A stretch of 64,000 nucleotides of DNA from the NCBI GenBank assembly GCA_964515375.1, contig CAZERF010000001.1, positions 115,243 to 179,242 of the forward strand. Direction: 5' to 3'. The stretch is from an uncultured Candidatus Saccharibacteria bacterium. Its GTDB lineage: Bacteria; Patescibacteriota; Minisyncoccia; Phycocordibacterales; UBA6899. The notes under the pieces are model-generated. The model saw only the letters and a list, made by a program, of their open reading frames with translations, did not search any database and had not been told where the DNA came from. Of this stretch, positions 60,692 to 64,000 are shown in pieces; within the stretch, counting starts at the first letter, position 1, and every line of letters begins with the position of its first letter. A program made the translations under genes and the position numbers.

Positions 60692-61190
60692 GATGATGAG
60701 TCGACCGTCGAGCACTCTTGATGAAATCCTCTTCGAGGTCGGTTTGAGCTATTTTGATAAAACGCTCTTCGATATACCACATCGCTTCGAATATAAAGAG
60801 TGTGAGAAAAGTGACATATGCCGCGATGGTGTAGAGTCCGTATCCGCACGCCACGCCAACACCCGCTGCAACCCACAGACCCGCAGCTGTAGTGAGTCCT
60901 GTCAGCTCGTTGCGTTGCACAAAGATCACTCCTGCTCCCAAGAAGCCGATACCCACAACGATCTGTGATGCGACACGGAGCGGGTCAAAGACCGCCCCCG
61001 GGGAAAATTGAGCCGAAACAACGCCGGCAATGACAACAAAAAGACTTGCACCGAGCGCCACAAGTGCGTAGGTGCGCATGCCCGCTCGCTTTCCGACACG
61101 CGAACGTTCCGCCCCGATCAAAAGACCGAGTAATGTTGCAACAGAAAGTCGAATGAGGATCGTGAGATCCGAGACGGCGAATATTTCCAT
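60675..61190 (-). CDS. MgtC/SapB-family membrane protein
   Basis: ...LIRLSVATLLGLLIGAERSRVGKRAGMRTYALVALGASLF... is the MgtC signature. The track ORF extends to 61229. Confidence 0.75.
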   Translation of the reverse strand: MEIFAVSDLTILIRLSVATLLGLLIGAERSRVGKRAGMRTYALVALGASLFVVIAGVVSAQFSPGAVFDPLRVASQIVVGIGFLGAGVIFVQRNELTGLTTAAGLWVAAGVGVACGYGLYTIAAYVTFLTLFIFEAMWYIEERFIKIAQTDLEEDFIKSARRSTHHHDQEG

Positions 61191-61229
61191 TCGTCCATTA
61201 TACACCGCGCGGAAGACAGAACAATCCAC

Positions 61230-62096
61230 TTATCCCGAGTTCCTGAAGGAGAGATCGAGGTTGCATAGCGCATTTCCCTCTTCGATCACCGCATTGATCT
61301 GTTCCTTGCTCATTCCGATCTGTTCGAGAACAGCAGGCGTTGCGACAACGTCATGACAAAGAACAACACCTTCGGAAAGCAAGGCGCTTTTTTGTTTGTC
61401 TGAAAGTGTCGTGAGACAGGTTACCGGATGTGTTTGCGTGCGCTGTACAAGATCTTGCAATGTGTGCCCTTTGGGATAATTCCACCCCGTGAGCGCCAGC
61501 CCCGCACAACGGCCATATTGGATGGCCTGTGAGGTGAAGCTGGTGTTAGTGATGAGCCATGGTCGCGTATGTGTTTTCTCTTCTTTGTGATCAGTGTCAT
61601 AGCGTTTCACGATATCAAGAAAACGTGCGTGCACATACAGTGCGACCTTCACGTCGGACTTTACCTCCACTGAATTATGAAACTTTGCCTCGACAAGAAT
61701 ACGTTCGTCGGGTTTTGTCGCAAAGACATCTACTTCATGCTCGACACAGGCACCCCGCACCATAACCCCGACCTCTGTCGTATATCCTTGCGCTTCAAGG
61801 ATCTTTGCGACAAAGCGCTCGAAGGGAAACCCTGACGGACCGAGCTGCATGATGACTTTCTTCAAGCTGTATTCTGCCGCGACCGGACGATTGTAATTCT
61901 TGAGCAATGCAAAGGCATGCTCGTAGATATCACTCGTGCGCATGCCGTCACGCACATCCTTTTCGATATGCTGGACGATCTCCCGGACAAGTTCTTCGCT
62001 CGCGCGAGCGGCGCGGAGTGAACGCTCAAGTTTTCTTGTGTCCCATGGTTCACGCTCGCCCGACGCCTTGATGATAGTGATCTGGTCGAGAGTCAT
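61230..62096 (-). CDS. ATP-cone domain fused to an Mrr-like (PD-(D/E)xK) restriction endonuclease domain
   Basis: The N-terminal ~90 aa resemble an ATP-cone (IKASGEREPWDTRKLERSLRAA...). The C-terminal region FERFVAKILEAQGYTTEV...VDVFATKPDERILVEAKFHN...ITNTSFTSQA fits the Mrr_cat pattern, with D...E.K catalytic residues. Confidence 0.65.
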   Translation of the reverse strand: MTLDQITIIKASGEREPWDTRKLERSLRAARASEELVREIVQHIEKDVRDGMRTSDIYEHAFALLKNYNRPVAAEYSLKKVIMQLGPSGFPFERFVAKILEAQGYTTEVGVMVRGACVEHEVDVFATKPDERILVEAKFHNSVEVKSDVKVALYVHARFLDIVKRYDTDHKEEKTHTRPWLITNTSFTSQAIQYGRCAGLALTGWNYPKGHTLQDLVQRTQTHPVTCLTTLSDKQKSALLSEGVVLCHDVVATPAVLEQIGMSKEQINAVIEEGNALCNLDLSFRNSG

Positions 62097-62097
62097 A

Positions 62098-62565
62098 TTA
62101 GCGAGTTGGGGCAGAGTTGATGATATTTCCCGAGGGATCTTGCCAGTCGGTGCGTCGCACAGACGTCATGAGCTCATCTCCGTCAAGAAAGAGGCGGATG
62201 ACAGAAACATCTTGAGGTGCTTCAACAATGGTTGAAAAAGGGTATTGCGTAGGGTACCGCGCGCAGGAAGAAGGATTGCGGTCAAAATTGTCACGCGAGG
62301 TAAGGAAAAGATCAATGCGGGCATTTGTCGCATCGTAGTCGGCGACCGTTGTCACCCCATAGCACGAATGTGCAAGCTTCACGGTTCCACTGAGACGATG
62401 GATCCCATCTTGAAATCCGTCCACGATTTTGATCGGCGAAGGATTCAAGCTGCGCGAAAGTGATGTCTCTACCGGAGCAGGAGAAGTACGCGTTGTGCTA
62501 TAGAATAAGAACCCAAATACGCCGGTCGCAAGAAGAAGTGAAACAATGATAATGAGGCGGAGCAT
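62098..62565 (-). CDS. Hypothetical exported protein, 155 aa, N-terminal signal/TM anchor
   Basis: Clean ORF immediately downstream of the ATP-cone/Mrr gene, with a 1-nt gap. Two Cys are present and no motif is recognised. Confidence 0.4.
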   Translation of the reverse strand: MLRLIIIVSLLLATGVFGFLFYSTTRTSPAPVETSLSRSLNPSPIKIVDGFQDGIHRLSGTVKLAHSCYGVTTVADYDATNARIDLFLTSRDNFDRNPSSCARYPTQYPFSTIVEAPQDVSVIRLFLDGDELMTSVRRTDWQDPSGNIINSAPTR

Positions 62566-62589
62566 GATAGTAATGATCCTATTTCGCTA

Positions 62590-63072
62590 TTATTTTACAC
62601 CGACAAGCTCTACTTCAAAAACAAGCGTCGCGTTTGGAGGAATAACCCCAGGAAATCCATCCGCTCCATATCCAAGTTCGGGAGGGATGGTCAATTTGCG
62701 CTTCTCTCCGACCTTCATCCCAAAGACGCCGATATCCCAACCTCGGATCACTTGCCCCGCGCCAAGTGTAAAGGTGAAAGGCTCACCACGTGGGATACTC
62801 GAATCAAAGACAGTCCCATCAGAAAGAGTGCCAGTGTAGTGAACGGAGACATTCTTTCCGTTCGCGGCGACATCACCCTCTCCTTTTTGCAATGTCTCGA
62901 TGTGTAATTGTGCAGTATTCTCGTTTGGCATAGTGCTTGTTGTTGATGAATAATTATTCTCAGTTGCCTCTTCAGTGGCCGGTGACCCTGTAAGAAGGAT
63001 GAGTGCGAACAACGCGACCGCCGCGAGTGCGAGGGCCACGGTGCCGTAGGTCAACTGTTCGCGTTCTTTCAT
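62590..63072 (-). CDS. FKBP-type peptidyl-prolyl cis-trans isomerase, membrane-anchored/secreted
   Basis: N-terminal TM helix. The FKBP domain carries ...[16 protein letters not shown]...[36 protein letters not shown]...LVFEVELV. Confidence 0.85.
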   Translation of the reverse strand: MKEREQLTYGTVALALAAVALFALILLTGSPATEEATENNYSSTTSTMPNENTAQLHIETLQKGEGDVAANGKNVSVHYTGTLSDGTVFDSSIPRGEPFTFTLGAGQVIRGWDIGVFGMKVGEKRKLTIPPELGYGADGFPGVIPPNATLVFEVELVGVK

Positions 63073-63109
63073 TCCTCCATCATACTCGATTGTGCGCGAT
63101 TATACAAAA

Positions 63110-64000
63110 TCATGACAACAAGACATGTTCCGAGACGACTCCCCCGCCAAGACATTCCTCACCGCGATACCAAACGGCGGATTGACCGGAGGCGATCCCT
63201 TCGACCTCTTCGGAAAAAGATACCTGTAGCTCTGAAGGGCTGGTCGCAGGGGTGATCGTCGCCGAATAGAGTGTATCCCGATACCGAAGACGGAGCATGA
63301 GAGAATCGTCATGCGATGGTATGTTTATAAAGTGAGCATCTTCGAGTGTCACCGTGCGCGTTTTTCCTGTGCGCAAGTCGGGGTCACGATGGCTCACGGT
63401 GATCGTATTGGCAGCAAGGTCTTTTCTTAAAACAAAATACGGAAGTTCGTTTCCGGTACGTTTGACGGTCGAGAATCCGTGACGTTGCCCGATCGTATAG
63501 AGCATCGCACCATCGTGTTCTCCGATCACATGTCCTTCTGTATCGAGCACCGAACCTTTTTTTGTTGCGAGATAGTGCTTCAAGAAATCGGCCATATTTA
63601 CTTGCCCCATAAAGCAAAGCCCCTGACTATCCTTCTTTTCCGCATTGGGGAGTCCGAACTCGCGTGCAAGCGCACGAACCTCGCTCTTCAGAAACCCCCC
63701 AACAGGAAAAAGCGCGTGGGAAAGTTGCTCTTGTGTGAGTGTCCACAAAAAATAGGACTGGTCCTTGTTCGGATCCTTCCCCGCAAAGAGATGCATCGCT
63801 TCATCGTCCCCACGAAGCACGCGCGCGTAGTGACCCGTGGCGATCATATCGGCGCCGTGACTGCGGGCAAATTCAATGAACGCGCCGAATTTTACCTCCT
63901 TGTTGCACATCACATCAGGGTTGGGAACTCTCCCCCGCGCGTATTCGCGGATCATATAATCCACAACTCCCTCCTTGTATTCTTTTTCAAGATCGAGTGT
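63110..64000 (-). CDS. mnmA: tRNA-specific 2-thiouridylase MnmA, 5' end beyond the window
   Basis: ...GRVPNPDVMCNKEVKFGAFIEFA...GADMIATGHYARV... is the central MnmA region. The frame stays open upstream of the internal Met at 63964, out to the window edge. Confidence 0.85.
   Translation of the reverse strand, partial: TLDLEKEYKEGVVDYMIREYARGRVPNPDVMCNKEVKFGAFIEFARSHGADMIATGHYARVLRGDDEAMHLFAGKDPNKDQSYFLWTLTQEQLSHALFPVGGFLKSEVRALAREFGLPNAEKKDSQGLCFMGQVNMADFLKHYLATKKGSVLDTEGHVIGEHDGAMLYTIGQRHGFSTVKRTGNELPYFVLRKDLAANTITVSHRDPDLRTGKTRTVTLEDAHFINIPSHDDSLMLRLRYRDTLYSATITPATSPSELQVSFSEEVEGIASGQSAVWYRGEECLGGGVVSEHVLLS

Overview
This 64-kb window reads as a core housekeeping region from a small-genome bacterium with very compact gene spacing. 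I infer a CPR/Patescibacteria-like organism from the gene content: a 627-aa AlaRS, a 77-aa ATP synthase epsilon, a short delta subunit, no atpI, and near-leaderless promoters.

Plus-strand block (positions 310-12280):
- F-type ATP synthase operon atpB-E-F-H-A-[104-aa membrane ORF]-G-[two acidic paralogs]-D-C(truncated)
- SERCA-like P-type ATPase
- rmuC
- rplU (L21)

Middle of the window:
- recR, dnaB and an orphan 312-aa gene
- a marR-MFP-RND efflux operon
- cysS, a CorA-family gene and a C-terminal processing protease gene
- rplI and rpmA
- a tRNA-Pro(GGG) flanked by copies of tRNA halves
- a PEBP gene preceded by a strong sigma70-type promoter

Minus-strand run (about 36 kb, 27.9-64 kb):
- M23 peptidase, gltX, murG-ftsW-mraY and a D,D-carboxypeptidase gene
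- scpB-scpA, aspS/asnS-type aaRS and trpS
- a polytopic histidine kinase translationally coupled to an unknown 550-aa protein
- plsC and dnaJ/dnaK/grpE
- the alpha/L13-S9 ribosomal cluster rpsI-rplM-rplQ-rpoA-rpsD-rpsK-rpsM-rpmJ-infA
- an inserted pair of genes (actin-like ATPase plus a 586-aa bitopic protein) where secY-adk-map would normally sit
- alaS, tsaC and pyrH
- a PLD-family gene, galU and mgtC
- an ATP-cone + Mrr-like nuclease, an FKBP gene and partial mnmA

No rRNA, CRISPR array or clear transposase/integrase gene is visible.

The most unusual content:
- the accessory genes embedded in the ATP synthase operon
- the HK/550-aa pair
- the tRNA-Pro locus with half-tRNA repeats
- the actin-like/bitopic pair breaking the ribosomal cluster
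- the ATP-cone/Mrr nuclease

All calls rest on reading translated ORFs and motifs by eye. No database search was run.
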